Assembly (NCBI GenBank): GCA_964016885.1
Contig: OZ024742.1
Coordinates: 78,182,001 to 78,246,000 of the forward strand
Reading direction: 5' to 3'
DNA length: 64,000 nucleotides
Source: Eledone cirrhosa
Taxonomy: Eukaryota
Shown: in pieces, positions 26,975-41,137 of the stretch
Position numbering within the stretch: the stretch's first letter is position 1
Layout of the letters: each line of letters begins with the position of its first letter
The notes under the pieces: generated by a model
Told to the model about the DNA's origin: nothing
What the model saw: only the letters and a program-made list of their open reading frames with translations
Databases searched by the model: none
Program-made: the position numbers and the translations under genes

Positions 26975-27030
26975 CATTTGCAAGCTAGTGTATGTATATA
27001 TATATATATACATACACTAGCTTGCAAATG
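26975..27030. repeat. Perfect 56-bp palindrome centred on (TA)8
   Basis: catttgcaagctagtgtatg-(ta)8-catacactagcttgcaaatg. Confidence 0.95.
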
Positions 27031-30000
27031 GATGAAGTATATTAGTTTAACTCTTGAAATAGCAAGAAGAGAGTCTGAACGTGTCGGACACTAGTCCTTC
27101 ATCAGAAGATAGAGTTAGAAATAGAAGATAAATAGAAAGTAAAGAGAGATGCGAGGAAGGAACGGCGAAAATAAGAAAGAAAATGTGCGAGAAAAAAAAA
27201 ACACGTACTTATTCAATCGGCCATCTTCGAAAGTGGTTGGTGAATGGTAACTTCGGCGTAAAAGAGGTTTACGAAGGCGGATAATATATAGTGAGTATGC
27301 GTGCATGCGTTGGTGTGTATGTGTGCGTGTGTGTGTGTGTCCGTGCGTGTGTATGTGCCTAAGTATGCGTGCGTGTGTGTGCACGTGAAAGTGTAAGTTT
27401 GAAGGAAATTCCTTGAAGCATGACAAGTTGGCTGCTGAGAGAGGGTCAAGCTGACTGCTGACTGACGTAAGGGGGTGTACTGGAATGCATATGAATAAAC
27501 ACACACATAGCAACAGCCGAGATGGTAGTGAAAAAGTAGTGGACGGTATGGTTGTAACATAAGTTGCATAACTTCGTATATAACGATACCGTGGTAAGCT
27601 GCAAGGTGTGAGCCTGCGTGAGACAGAGAGATGTTGAGTAGAGTGTTTGGTGGAACGGAAGTGACAAGCGACAGAAGTTTCTTTACCTAGTCGTTTGTCC
27701 CTAAGGTGTACGTATTCGATCTAGTGATTCTGTCACCATGCCCAGTTGTTTCAACTCACAACCTAGATTCATATATTCATTATATTTTCTTGGAATATAT
27801 TACTGTAATATCTTCACGAAAATAGCAATGTGTAAAATTTCGGCTAAATCATTCCTGTAAAATATTCATATTTCTTTTTTTACGAAAGTGCTAAAGACAT
27901 TAAAAAGCTCCAGTAATATCTCTCACTAAAACCTCATTCATGAATACCGTCATGCAAATTATTCATATAACATCTATGATATCTGTATGTAATATATTCC
28001 TGTATATTAAGGATGTATATTGGTAGAAACGGTTAAGTATCGACCAAAATCATTTGCGTTATGTAGTTAGGGTTGTTTATGTTCTGATTTCATATAACTC
28101 CGATATCAATTTTGACTTCCTTCTCTCTGAGATCGATAGATTAAAGTGTGAATCAATCACTGACCATGATATCGGGAACCTTCCAAATCTGTAACACATT
28201 CTTACAATTCAAAGAAAGAATGCTTGCATAGGGGACGACGACAATTAAAAATACTTTTCTTGTAAAGAATTTCTGTAACATCATCAGGTACTATATTCCT
28301 GTAATATTCTTATGTTATGTGATCCTTTGGCATATTCACAACCTCCCATTGGTAGTGTGTTATATGTATATTCGAGATTTTTAATGCTGTGTTTATTTCG
28401 TTCTAAGTACTTTTCCAGAACAGTATAATTTCCCACTCTATTACATGGCTATTAAATTAATATGCTGGCCGTCATTTGCAATCGTGTATGACTTGGTAGT
28501 GGGTACTATGATTTCGTATATGGTCGGAAACAAATAAAGATCCTCCCCCGAACTTCAATTTGGTGATCCAATTGAACATAAGTGATGAGGCAGCTGGAAG
28601 GAGAAAGACAGAAAGTGATGCAGCTTACGAGGCACCATTCAAATTCCGCCCAGTTCTCAATTGTCTTTCTTTCGAGATCAATACTTAAATTACGGGAACA
28701 AGGTAGTGGATTGACGGAAATATCAGGTGGAGCTTACATTGCTGCGTTTGATCTGGCTCACTACATTTTTAATTTGCATCCACCTTCTGTCACCTGAAAC
28801 ATGTGTCATGAGAGACACTTGAAAAATTCCTATGAGCTTGCACCTCATAGGAGATAGTCGAGGCACGAAGTGTGAACCGTAGTACAACAGAGCACTAATG
28901 TATAGAGTGAAAATAATGTATGACTGTTTAATTAGAGAGTATTAAACTTAACAAGGTAACAATCAGTTCCCAACCCTCAGTATTCCGATCAGATCGCCCA
29001 ATCATCTCAGTCACCTTTGCCACTGAATCTGGATTCGAATCGTTTATAGCAACCAATGGAATATATAACTTTTCAATCCGCTCTAAACTCAAATGTTAAT
29101 CATTAATTTAAAAGTTTACAAGTTCACGTAATTAAATGTTAGCATGTTAATTTTCTTAATGTAGGAAAGTTCAGAGGGTTAAATCAATTTCAGTATCTTG
29201 CAGCGCAGTAGTATATGTATTACATCGTACAACTAAAAAATGTTACAAATCTTAAGTTTCAAGCGTATAGAAAATTAAACGAAAGCACATAGTCTAATGC
29301 ATTTCATTGGTCCTAAACTATTTCCTATACATTTTAATATTATTGTTATTGTGAATTATTTAGTAACACGGCTCAGTAATTCATAACATAAAAAAAAACA
29401 ACCACGGTTGTGTTATTTTATTTTGCAAGGTGTTTGGTTACGAAGTTCGCTTTGCAGTTTCTAGTGTCAGGGGCAATCATACATTATAATCCCCTTGACA
29501 ACTGCCTACTTATGCTTCCTGAATAAAATTGGCTAGACGGCAACTGTATCGAAGCCCGTTTGCTGGACCACTCATGCTCTTGGATGTTAGATTTGATAGG
29601 TCACCCGGTTTCACACCATAAAATCCATGGAAACGTTTAGGGGAGATCAATGTGTGTATAAGCGTTTAAGCTCGTTCTCCTGTTTCACAACAGCTGTCGC
29701 CTTTCCTTCGCAAGTTTCGGTGGCACTGAAAAACGGTAATAATTGCAGATCTTTTACCTCTGACACAGTCATAAATGAATACAAAATAAACTGATAAAAA
29801 AAAAATCATGTAAGCAAATTGAAATTACTTCATATTGGGAATGGAAAAAGAAGGGGAAGCTCAAAAATCATGTTAATCAAGCCATTGGCCACATCATGTG
29901 TGCTTAGCTAATTAAGTTTTTCTCAGTATCAATTTATTATTCATGTAATATATTAAGGTTCTCCATGCATCCTCGCGGAGATTTGCCTAGTGTTAGTATG

Positions 30001-30190
30001 TACCTAATTCATTTTAGTTTCATGTTGTCTTTATTTCTGCAGCTATTAAGAAAATCCGTTCTAGATTTCAGGGTCCAAACGTCAGCAAACCAGCAAGGGT
30101 GACAAGCAAGAAGTTAACATTATCAGCAGGCACATACTATATATATGTACATATATATATGTATGTACACACGCACATGCACAAATACAT

Positions 30191-30247
<57 letters not shown>

Positions 30248-30252
30248 GTGTA

Positions 30253-30439
30253 TACCGTATTTCCCGAAAATAAGTCTCAAAAATCTAAAAATCCTAAAAT
30301 AAGTCTCAAAAATCTACCATGCGTCCTGGAGGCTGAAGGTTGCAATTTTCATTATTATTATTTTTTCTCAAATTTTAGAATGTCAAAATTAGGGTGTGTC
30401 CTCGAGTATGAAGCGTCTTCGGCGCCGGGAAATACGGTA
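30253..30439. mobile_element. Tc1/mariner-superfamily MITE
   Basis: Terminal inverted repeats taccgtatttccc / gggaaatacggta in a TA context. Confidence 0.75.
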
Positions 30440-30464
30440 TATATATATATATATATATATATAA

Positions 30465-30870
30465 AGTGCGCTAGCAGCCGCCGATGTGTATATCGCCATA
30501 AATAAAGAATGTATAACCGAGACTGCATCAACGTGTATAAATATATACACATATCTAATATGAAGCCATGTAAAGATGGCCGAAAATATGAATTTCCCTG
30601 CAAATTGAAAAAAAAAGGATAAACATCTTTAATCGATTTTCGGATCTTATTGCACCTTCATCAAAAGACGTGTATATCATCCAATTCACCATATATAATT
30701 GATGGGTATATATTCGCATTCTGAAATACACGTACTGATTTACATATAATTAGCGCTCTTGTTGTTAATTAAGATATATATTAAAACGTGCGCTAGCAGT
30801 CGAAGTGTATGATAAAGTCATATATATAGGGTGTGTATTAGCCCTCGTGTTGGTAATTAAGATGTATATC
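30465..30870 (-). mobile_element. Non-coding PLE-like element with decayed hammerhead at 30623-30671 (family shared with 59725-59995)
   Basis: Minus strand: acgucuu-uUGAUGA-aggugcaauaagaucc-GAAA-A-UCGA-UUA-aagaugu; 'gcgctagcag' recurs at 30468 and 30790 and at 59726. Confidence 0.6.
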
Positions 30871-31027
30871 AATAAATGCTAATCATGCAAAGATTACATC
30901 ATCAATAGGCACGAATGTGATATCAACAGATGCTAACAGAATTACGTGAAGTAGTTATGTTGGTATGCTGATATGCTGCTGTTAAAATAGTAGTATCACC
31001 ATGTAAAGCGAGCGTATATATATATAA

Positions 31028-31220
31028 GAAAAGGTTCAGGACCCCGACGGCAGAGCTCAAGCCATTTCGACGGCTATTTCTTGACCAGAAATAGCCGTCG
31101 AAACGGCTTGAGCTCTGCCGTCGGGGTCCTGAACCTTTTCGTATTACCCACTCTACTACTTAAAGTATCGAGTACTCTGGTGCGTTATGGTCCAACTGGT
31201 TCCTTACTACACTTCCTTCG
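31028..31220 (+). mobile_element. Small element: 54-bp-arm palindrome (31028-31140) plus ~80-bp tail, in (TA)n
   Basis: Arms 31028-31081 and 31087-31140 with one mismatch, loop tgacc; right arm contains GAAAC-GGC(ttgagctct)GCC-GTC. Confidence 0.85.
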
Positions 31221-32113
31221 TTATATATATATATCATATGTATATGCGGGAAATTAACGGAATACAACAAAGCAAACAATACAGTACAATTAAGATTTAT
31301 TTTAGTTTAACACTTGATACAGGAGGAAAGACGTTTCTAGCGTCGGTCCTCCATCAAAAGATTGAATGAGATATATAAGCAATTGAAAGGTAGAGGGGAG
31401 AGAGAGAAGATGAAGAAATAGAACATTTTTTGCGAAAAAGTACGTGTGTATGAGTTTATATATTTATGTGTGCAAGTAGATAACTATGTATGTCAGGTAG
31501 CTCTTCAGCGCTAATGGTAGCATGTAATCCAGTACATTCTGTGCATGGTCAGGTCCGCGCCGACTAAACCGGCAACACGACCAAGCTTCCTTCGTGAGGA
31601 GGGTGATTTTGGAGACCCTGATGGATGAAAAACAAAACCTGTCAAATTGCCATCCAATACAGTATCCAGGGTGAGTAATGCAGTAAGAAACCTCTAATCT
31701 GCATTAAGACATCTCTCTAGAAGAATATCACTCTGATAAAAAAAAAACTTGCGACTTCATTTAGAACCAATAATGTAGACAAGTTCTACTTTTGGGATAA
31801 ATGCATTTGATGTTTAGAGAGTGGGATTGGCTCTGTGCAAAGCTTTTTCTCATTTAAAAAAGCTTCAAGCACAGGCATCGCTTGATATGTGACATCTTTT
31901 GCGATGCATGGGCAAACCATAGGCTAGTCTCTAGCAGAACTAATAAGCCACGTCCGTGCTGCTTATACTTATGTATCAAGCGATATCATTACTCAAAATC
32001 GAGTTGCAACCATCATATATGTTTGTATATATGTATGTAGATAGGTAGGTAGGTATTTAGGTAGATAGATATGTATGTGTGTATGTACGTGGGTATGTAG
32101 GTGGGTATATATG

Positions 32114-32296
32114 TAAGAAGGTCAGCTGAAAAGTTCATAGGCTGACCAAGATATTCTCATGGAATGACCAACTGAGGTTTATTTTTCAACATAGTCCCTG
32201 GAAAGAAACAATGCAGTTGAAATTAGTGTATGCAGGATTTTACAATTTTAGCATCACTCCATTGTGAATCTATAAACTTTTCAGCTGAACCTTGTA
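32114..32296. mobile_element. Mariner-derived MITE
   Basis: Imperfect TIRs 'aaggtcagctgaaaagttcatag' / 'ctataaacttttcagctgaacctt'; a related solo end occurs at about 18426-18490. Confidence 0.65.
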
Positions 32297-32630
32297 TGTA
32301 TGCAGGGAGAAAAGAGAAGTGTTATATATATTTTGCCGATAAATTTAGATATTTTTGAAAAGCGTTTGCCATATTTAATCAAAACTACGCTGGCAGGCGT
32401 TTTTCTTCTTTTAATTTGTTACATTTGGCATAGGTGTTATTGTATTTGAACTCAGCCAACAGCAACAACGGCTTGCCTATTATTTAGTCCAGTAGCAATA
32501 CTTTATTTCTTTATTTTATCCTTCTTTTTGCAGAAACTTCAATTCACAATTATTCAGAGAACAAAAACCATTGATTTTTTTGAAGCAGTTCAGAAAAGGC
32601 TTCAAAAAGATTTGATCATCCTTGTTTTTA

Positions 32631-32783
32631 AAGAGTTTAGATATTAAATAGTTACTAAATATATCAGAAGAGCAGTTATTTTCGATGAAATGGTTAATGG
32701 TATATCTCCTCCAACTCTTACAAATTAACAGACACACATATACACGCACACGCACACGTACGCAGAGTATCATATAGGGTTTT

Positions 32784-32844
<61 letters not shown>

Positions 32845-32967
32845 TGTGCGTGTGCGTGTATATGTGTGTCTGTTAATTTTTCAGAGTCGGAGGTGATATA
32901 CCATTAACCATTTCATCGAAAATAACTGCTCTTCTGATATATTTAGTAACTATTTAATATCTAAACT

Positions 32968-32970
<3 letters not shown>
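32631..32970. repeat. Fold-back inversion with ~130-bp arms around (TA)n
   Basis: 32631-32758 is the near-exact reverse complement of 32841-32970; followed by a ~280-bp (TA)n tract. Confidence 0.9.
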
Positions 32971-33015
<45 letters not shown>

Positions 33016-33023
33016 CATATATA

Positions 33024-33229
<206 letters not shown>

Positions 33230-33600
33230 TATATATATACATATATATATATATAATGCCTAAAGATCAAAATGCCATTCTAACACTTCAGCTTTCCGTC
33301 TCATGATAAATATCATATACTCCCCTACATATGACCAGGAACGGTTTTCCCCTCATACTATGTGCATTGTTTCTCGATTTATACCTCATCTGTGAAGTTA
33401 TAGATGATTTCAACATCAAATGTAAATGTGAATTTAAATTTACATTAACTTCTTTGTTCTCTTCGGTTTTTTTTTTCTTTTTCACCAGGCACATCAGGCC
33501 CGTAAGAAATACATAAAAATTCATGAAAATATTAAATATTGGATTATATCTTTTTTTTTTCTCTCGCTCTTTTTCTTTATCTCTCTTCCCCCCCCCCCCC

Positions 33601-33631
<31 letters not shown>

Positions 33632-33655
33632 AATATACATATATATATATGTATA

Positions 33656-33739
<84 letters not shown>

Positions 33740-33762
33740 ATGGATGTGTATTTATGTATGTA

Positions 33763-34647
33763 TGTATGACACAGTTTTCATAAATTAAAGTTTCCTCAAA
33801 AGATGCTAACAAAATATAGAACTTAACAAAGATGGCACTCGTTAGTATCGCAGCTGCAACTGGGTGGTTGAGAAATTCTTACTTCGTTACACCTTCTAAT
33901 CATGCCTACCTTTAATCTCAATGAATGAATTAAGTTATTCTAATATCTTGTATATGTCTTTTGGCTTAATTGCTATATCTTCCATTCAAAAATACACACA
34001 CACACACACATACATAGATATATATAATTGTTTCTACTTATGGCACAAGGCCAGCAATTATCCCAGTGCATTACTGGTACTTTATTTTATCGACCCCGTA
34101 AGGATGAAAGGCAAAGTTAATATATAATGTATGTGTGTAAGTATGTATGTATATATATAATTGTTTCTACTTTTGGCACAAGGCCAGCAATTATCCCAGT
34201 GCATTACTGGTACTTTATTTTATCGACCCCGTAAGGATGAAAGGCAAAGTTAACCTCGGCGGGATTTGAACTCAGACCGTAAAGGGACGTAACTATGCTA
34301 TAAAGCATGACGTCCAACCTTCTACCGATACTGCCAATTCAATATATATAATTTATGTGAGTATGTATGTATATATATATGAAATGCATATGTGTATGTA
34401 TGTGTGTGTGTGTGAATTTATTGAATGGAAGATATAGCAATTAAGCCAAAAGACATATACAAGATATTAGAATAACTTAATTCATTTATTGAGATTAAAG
34501 GTAGGCATGATTAGAAGCTGTAACGAAGGAAGAATTTCTCAACCACCCAGTTGCAGCTGCGATACTAACGAGTGCCATCTTTGTTAAGTTCTAGATTTTG
34601 TTAGCATCTTTTGAGGAAACTTTAATTTATGAAAACTGTGTCATACA
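33763..34647. repeat. Fold-back inversion with ~250-bp arms; spacer holds a partial and a near-full SINE (-)
   Basis: 33763-34015 is the near-exact reverse complement of 34395-34647; SINE copies at about 34025-34120 and 34158-34340. Confidence 0.9.
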
Positions 34648-34652
34648 TCGTC

Positions 34653-34738
<86 letters not shown>

Positions 34739-34810
34739 TTGCTGCACATTCCTAATTGTATGTCGTTAGCTTGGCCACAGCCAACACTTCGATTTTACTA
34801 AGCTTCCACT

Positions 34811-34955
<145 letters not shown>

Positions 34956-34999
34956 CGTGTGTGTGCGTGTGCGTGCGGGTCTGTGTGTGTGTGTGTGTC

Positions 35000-35041
<42 letters not shown>

Positions 35042-35064
35042 CGTGTGTGTGTGTGTGCGTGCGG

Positions 35065-35121
<57 letters not shown>

Positions 35122-35186
35122 CGTGTGTGTGTGTGTGCGTGCGGGTCTGTGTGTGTGTGTGTGTCTGTCTGTGTGTGTGTGTGTGT

Positions 35187-35226
<40 letters not shown>

Positions 35227-35355
35227 TAAAGGTATTTATGTAAACTTGAACTTAATGTGCTCCTATCAGCAAAGTATGGTTTGCATTTTCAAAGAAATTC
35301 TGCAAGCGACATCGAAGTTTTAGATGTAGATAACCATTTTAGACTGTGTGTGTGT

Positions 35356-35402
<47 letters not shown>

Positions 35403-35796
35403 CATGACTTCAAATAAAGACACCTTGTAGTATATAATCATCCTAATTTGTCCAGCACTGAAAATGCAGTGACCATCTACGTGTTCACTTCATATATAAG
35501 TAATTATAACATATTTTCCAAATAAACACACTCTGACTCCTATGAAGTGGTCGTGTTGTTGTACATGAGGGAATATTTTCTATAGGACATGTTAACCAAT
35601 AATCATATTTTAGTACATCCTTGTTAAAGGTTGTTTTGCATTTCCTGTTTAGTAGAGGAAGGGAAGAATAACGCCAATGACACTTTACGTACCCTCCGAA
35701 TCTGGTGGTAAGATTGAAGATATCTTCAAACCGGAGATCCGGACCAAATGTTTCCAGCAAAAGTAGATTAGTCTAAAGTGAAAAGCCAGCATTCGT

Positions 35797-35921
35797 TAAT
35801 TTAGTGTTAGATATCAGGGAATAATTTAGTGTTAGATATCAGGGAATAATTTAGTGTTAGATATCAGGGAATAATTTAGTGTTAGATATTAGGGATTAAT
35901 TTAGTGTTAGATATTAGGGAA
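35797..35921. repeat. 25-bp minisatellite, 5 copies
   Basis: Unit taatttagtgttagatatcagggaa. Confidence 0.9.
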
Positions 35922-35929
35922 TCTATCTC

Positions 35930-36330
35930 GAACTAACTGCAGATAGTGCAGATGCACTATATCCTTTTATTTGTACCTGCAATCATTAATGCACTGGGTT
36001 ATCTTACTAATTCAACAAACATCTCGAGAAGTTGAGCTTCACAGAACCAGACAGTGCACAGCTAATTAGAGTATTACAAGTGCATTCCATTTATGAAATT
36101 ACAAAATTATGAAAAACATTCTAGACTTTTTGCGTGACATAACTGCGTATACACACGTATAGATACAGATATATATGCATATATACACCTCTATAAAACA
36201 AATAATACAGAACCATATATGTGATTTTTTCTATACTGGTATCTGTATGCAGATATGCATAATTACTTAATTGATGTTGCAAAAATTCCAATGAAAGTGA
36301 TTTTTTTAGGTTTAGAAACTGATTCTCTCT
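35930..36330 (+). mobile_element. Older decayed 3' end of the (CATA)n-associated RLE LINE
   Basis: Colinear by eye with 36890-37280 (e.g. 'ctggg.tat.tta.taa', 'ttacaagt.ca.tccatt.atg.aa', terminal 'ttagaaac.ga.tctctct'). Confidence 0.6.
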
Positions 36331-36557
36331 TTATTGGTTAGAAGTTTTAAAAAATAAAAACAGAACAGAGACATAACTACATACATGCATTTATATGCGC
36401 ATACATATGCACATACATATGCACACATACATTCATACAAAATACTTATATAGATACCTACATACATACATACATACATGCATATTATCATACATACATA
36501 CATACATACATACATACATACATACATACATACATACATACATACATACATACATAC

Positions 36558-37290
36558 CAAAGATGTCATCGCGGTACTATCTACCTATGAGGCATGTTGT
36601 AGTGGCCAAAACACTGTACGATGCAGTCCGTAGAAAAGATAGCCCCGACAATAAACACATTACAAGCTACAGCAATGTGGAAGACATACATATACATAAT
36701 ATGAAAGAGTACTGTTGGAATGTTCCAGTAAAAACTCCAATAAAATGCAGGTATAACGGACCAGATATTATGATATGGGACATGCAAAAGAAGGCATGCA
36801 CAGTAGTGGAAGTTAGCTGCCCAGCAGATGCCAATATAATAGCAAATATTAGCGAAAAGGAGAATATTTATGCATAACTGATGAAAAATCTGCAGATACT
36901 CCACCCTGATTATACCTTCAGATAAATGCCTGTGATTAGTGAGGAACTGGGATATGTTAGTAACTGCCTCAATACAAATCTTGAGAAGCTGGGCTTCCTA
37001 GAAACAGAAAGAATACAACTAGTTAGGAAATTACAAGTACAATCCATTAATGGAACAATAAAAATATGTAAACCTTTCCAAACGTTTTGCATCTAATAAC
37101 TGCACACATGTACAGATACAAAGCATATACACATGCACACATACAACTCAAAACACACATCCACACACAATAAAATCCATACATACACATGCAAGCATGC
37201 AGACATGCCTACATATCTACCTAGTTGATATTGTGTCAATTCCAATGAGAGAGTCTTGTAACTATGTTAGAAACCGACTCTCTCTCTCTC
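36558..37290 (+). mobile_element. 3' (RLE) fragment of an R4/NeSL-type LINE inserted in (CATA)n
   Basis: 'PKMSSRYYLPMRH..YNGPDIMIWD..VVEVSCPAD..EKENIY'; (CATA)n at 36490-36557 and 37332-37400. Confidence 0.85.
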
Positions 37291-37329
37291 TATTGGCAAA
37301 AATTTGTGAAATTATAAAACCATAAGAAC

Positions 37330-37360
<31 letters not shown>

Positions 37361-37449
37361 CATACATACATACATACATACATACATACATACATGCATA
37401 CATACACACACACACACACACACATACGTACGTACGTTCGTACGTACAT

Positions 37450-40400
37450 GATAATTGCTGATTCTTTTCAGAATATTGCCACCTCTTCAAAAGACGTCGA
37501 TAAGTACATGATTGTGAGCACATAAATGACTTAAGACCGACCCTAGAGCCGCGTGTTTCCTCACAGATACTACACTGAAAGAGAATATTGCGACCCTGGT
37601 CATGTAGATTACAGTGCCTGGTCAGGCCACTTTGGTAACAACAGATTTTCTCCACTGACATAACAAATATAATTATCTGTCCTCCACGTCAAAGGCGATT
37701 GCAGTCAGCCTGTACTCGCCAACCACATGCGATTTGTTTTGTGATTAACGAGACCAGCTCATATTACTTAGAACGGAACCTCACATATTACATGTAAATT
37801 TTGGATTAAAATCTTCTGGAATCTCTGCTTACTCCCTTTCGTATGAATCATTTGAGTTCTGCATGTTTAATGCGATTTGCCTCAAACGTCTCGCAACTGT
37901 CTTTAATGATGATACACCAATCTATTCTGTTCTGTGTTAAGGATTCCCAATTTCCAATATCCATATCGAAAATCTTCAAATTATCCCTAACCACATCTTT
38001 GAATCGTTTCTTTGGTTTGTCATTTGGCCTCTTTTTAATTAAAATCTCTCCATATAACAATCTTTTGCGCAACTTGATATCGCCCATTCTGATAAAATGG
38101 CTAGGACAATGCATCTGGCTGTAAACAATCAACGTTTCATTACTTCCACAACGAGCTCTCCTCAGTAATTCTGAATCTGGTGTCAAAGATCTCCACTTAA
38201 TTCCTAAAATCTGTGTAAGGTAGAGCTGATGAAACCTTTCTACCCATTTTATGTTCCGCCTATATGTTGTTCATACTTCATATCCATACAGTAATACAGT
38301 TAGCGTGCATGATCTCTACACACTTCCTTAGTTACAAGATGAAGGCTCTGATCTGCCCTTATCCTTTTCTTTAGTTTTCCAAATGCTGATGAGGCCTTTT
38401 GAATTCTATCATTGATTTTTGCATCAAATGATCCATCCTTACTGACAATGCTTCTAAGATATGTGAATCTATCTACTACACTCAGTACATGAACCACGGT
38501 TGGAGGAGAAGTGAATATTATTGTAATTTGTGTGAGGCTAATGGTAAGAGAAATGGTCGATTATGACCTGCATGGTGTGCAACAGATCAACATTATCCGC
38601 ATACAACAGCTCAAGTACAATATCCTGACAAGTCTTTGATTTACTGTGAAAGCGGTGCAAGTTAAAAAGTATGCAAGACACCCGAAATAGCAAGTTAACA
38701 CTCACATTGCAATCCTTGGATGCATAGCTTAGACAGGCTGCAAAATAGATAGAGAATAACGTTGGTGCTTGTATGGCCCCCTGTTTCACACCATTTTCAA
38801 TTTTGATCGACTCAGAGAGTTTACCATTCAGATTAACTCTTCCTTTTATGTCCTTGTGAAACATACTAAACAAATACACGAATTCTGGAGGATAACCAAG
38901 CACTGATAAGATGGACAAAGAGCTGATACAGAGGACGTCTATGTTCAACGCATTTAACTTGCAATTGACGTCCAGTGAATATCATGTCCATGGTGAAGCA
39001 ACACTGACTCTCTACTAGAACCAAGGGAGAACTCGAAGTCTCCAATCTCTTAAGCAATTACTTGGCAAGAACCTTACCAGTAGCTTCAAGCAGACTGGTA
39101 CCATGATAGTTGTTTCATATTGCTTTGGATCTCTTGCTCTTGTGGGAGGATATTATGATTGCATCTATCCAAACATAAAGTACATCGTAACCATATCAAA
39201 TTCATAATATCAAAGAGTAAACATGGGAAGTAATAAGGTATTCTCAATATCACAAAGGCGCTATTGGAATCCCATAAAGGCATGGAGCCTACCTGGAATA
39301 TATTCCCATAATTGCTGATTCTACTTCAGCCAGTGAAGGTAAATCTATCATCTCTGGAATTATTTTTCTTTGGTCGAGATTGTTGATAATCTCTAGATCA
39401 ATTTCTGATGGGTTTTGAAACCAAACAGTCAAATGTCAAATGTCCCGTGCATCTTCTTTTCTTTCCATCTATTGTCATGTTTCTCAATCTTCTTCTTTTG
39501 AATTCCTCGTTTTCCACACAAACATATGCAGCAACGTTTGCATTCTTTATGTACCATTCAATACCGTTTTCCTTGGAGCTCACACAACCTTCACAGCCTA
39601 TCAACATCGCATTTTGGGTGAAATGCTCCACATCTAAATAATTGCACTACCCAAGTTTTAATTGCTTGAAACTTGTACCTCCCATTCAATTTCGAGCATA
39701 CTCTTGGGTGAAAACATTTTTCATTCCTACCCCATAATCTCATCTATCTCAAATATTTATGCATCCATTTGATCTATGTCTAATCCTTTCTCCAGAAGTA
39801 TATTCTATAACATCTATCTTATGCACGTTTCCTATTTTCAAGATCAATATTCCACACTTTTTTAATTTAAATTTCATTCAGCGCTGCATTGGACTGCAAT
39901 AACTAATGAACAGATTTGGGCCTCGTCTTGACCATATGTTTTAAGATCATACAGAGATAATAGACAGTTGATCTGCTATTTTCCTTTAAATTCATAACCA
40001 GATATTATTCTTTTAAGTAAGAATGTTAAAGGGATCATGCACACTATAAACAACAAGGGAGATAAACTGCCTACTTGAAATATTCCTCCCTTGTTACTAA
40101 ACAATCCCAGCCTTTATCCTTCAGCAACAGGTCTGTCTATAACCTCTAGATCAATTTCTGATGGGTTTTGAAACCAAACAGTCAAATGTCCCTGCTATCG
40201 CTTCATAATAACATCAGCATTCTTTCACAAAATACCAACATTCCTGGATAATACAGCCAACATGCTTCATTTATTAGGCTCCAAGACCTATTTAATGATC
40301 TTGTAGAGTGTTCCTCAGTATTTCCTATCATATGCATTTTGAGTTTCTGAAGCAGCATTAGCCCGCCACCTATTGTTCATTGTTCTCAGTCCCTGGTGAA

Positions 40401-40830
40401 GTGTTGCTTTTAATTGTTTGAATGAGGCTTTAGCTGCTGGGAACTCTGCTGTCAGGCGCAAGATACCGACCAGTTCAAAAGTTGAGCAAGTGATATTTAG
40501 GTCACCTTTTCTAGAACCTTCCCAGAAGCTGGGTTGAGTAACACTCTCTTAAATAAGACAGTACAGACACAAAACGTTCCACTGAAGTTTATTTCTGATC
40601 AAGACTATACAGCGATGTTAAGATATGCAAAGTGCCGCCTCACGTGCAGGTCCATGCCTATGTGCTTTCGGCCTATTAAGTCTGCACACGACAGCAATCT
40701 TCCATTATCGCTGGACTTTTGAAGATATTGATGACTTTTGAGGTTTTGGTGACTTGAGTTGTCCATCTTATTCATGAAAGCTGGTAGATCGCTAGCTCCT
40801 GTGGTGATCTTTGCTCATACATGAAGCTTC
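37450..40830 (-). mobile_element. Decayed RTE-clade LINE, interrupted at 39447-40138
   Basis: 'NGVKQGAIQAPTLFSIYF..LELLYADNV', 'VDRFTYLRS..RIQKASSAFGKL', 'RKRLLYGEIL..KPKKRFKDVVRDNLK'. Confidence 0.85.
39447..40138 (-). mobile_element. Decayed R4/Dong-like RT fragment nested in the RTE, flanked by a ~55-bp direct duplication
   Basis: The copy at 63240-64000 reads 'GIFQVGSLSPLLFIVCMIPL' and 'KFKLKKCGIL..YKYLGIFE'; 39386-39446 duplicates 40139-40192. Confidence 0.75.
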
Positions 40831-40947
40831 AAAACAGCACGATATCCCCACACATCACACACAGACAGACACCCAAGACATATACATAGAAGATGAAAAT
40901 GATAAACGATAAAAGATGGAAAAGATAGAATGTATATATAAGCATTA

Positions 40948-41137
40948 AGCGGTGGATTGGCAGTATCGGTAGAGGGTCGGACGCCATGCTTTGCAGCAAA
41001 GAGTTACGGCCCTTTTGGTCTGAGTTCAAATCCCGCCATGGTTAACTTTGCCTTTCATCCTTACCGGGTCGATAAAATAAAGTGCCAGTAATACACTGTG
41101 ATAATTGCTGGCCTTGTGTCAAATGTAGAAACAATTA
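40948..41137 (+). mobile_element. tRNA-derived SINE present only in the left arm of the inverted duplication
   Basis: Same family as 13445-13631; the empty site is visible at about 62420-62450. Confidence 0.9.

Noticed and set aside
27568-27580. Exact 13-bp loxP half-site ATAACTTCGTATA
   Set aside because: No inverted partner after an 8-bp spacer; consistent with chance in AT-rich DNA.
35797-35921. Regular 25-bp repeats as a CRISPR array
   Set aside because: No spacers, eukaryotic context, no cas genes; plain minisatellite.
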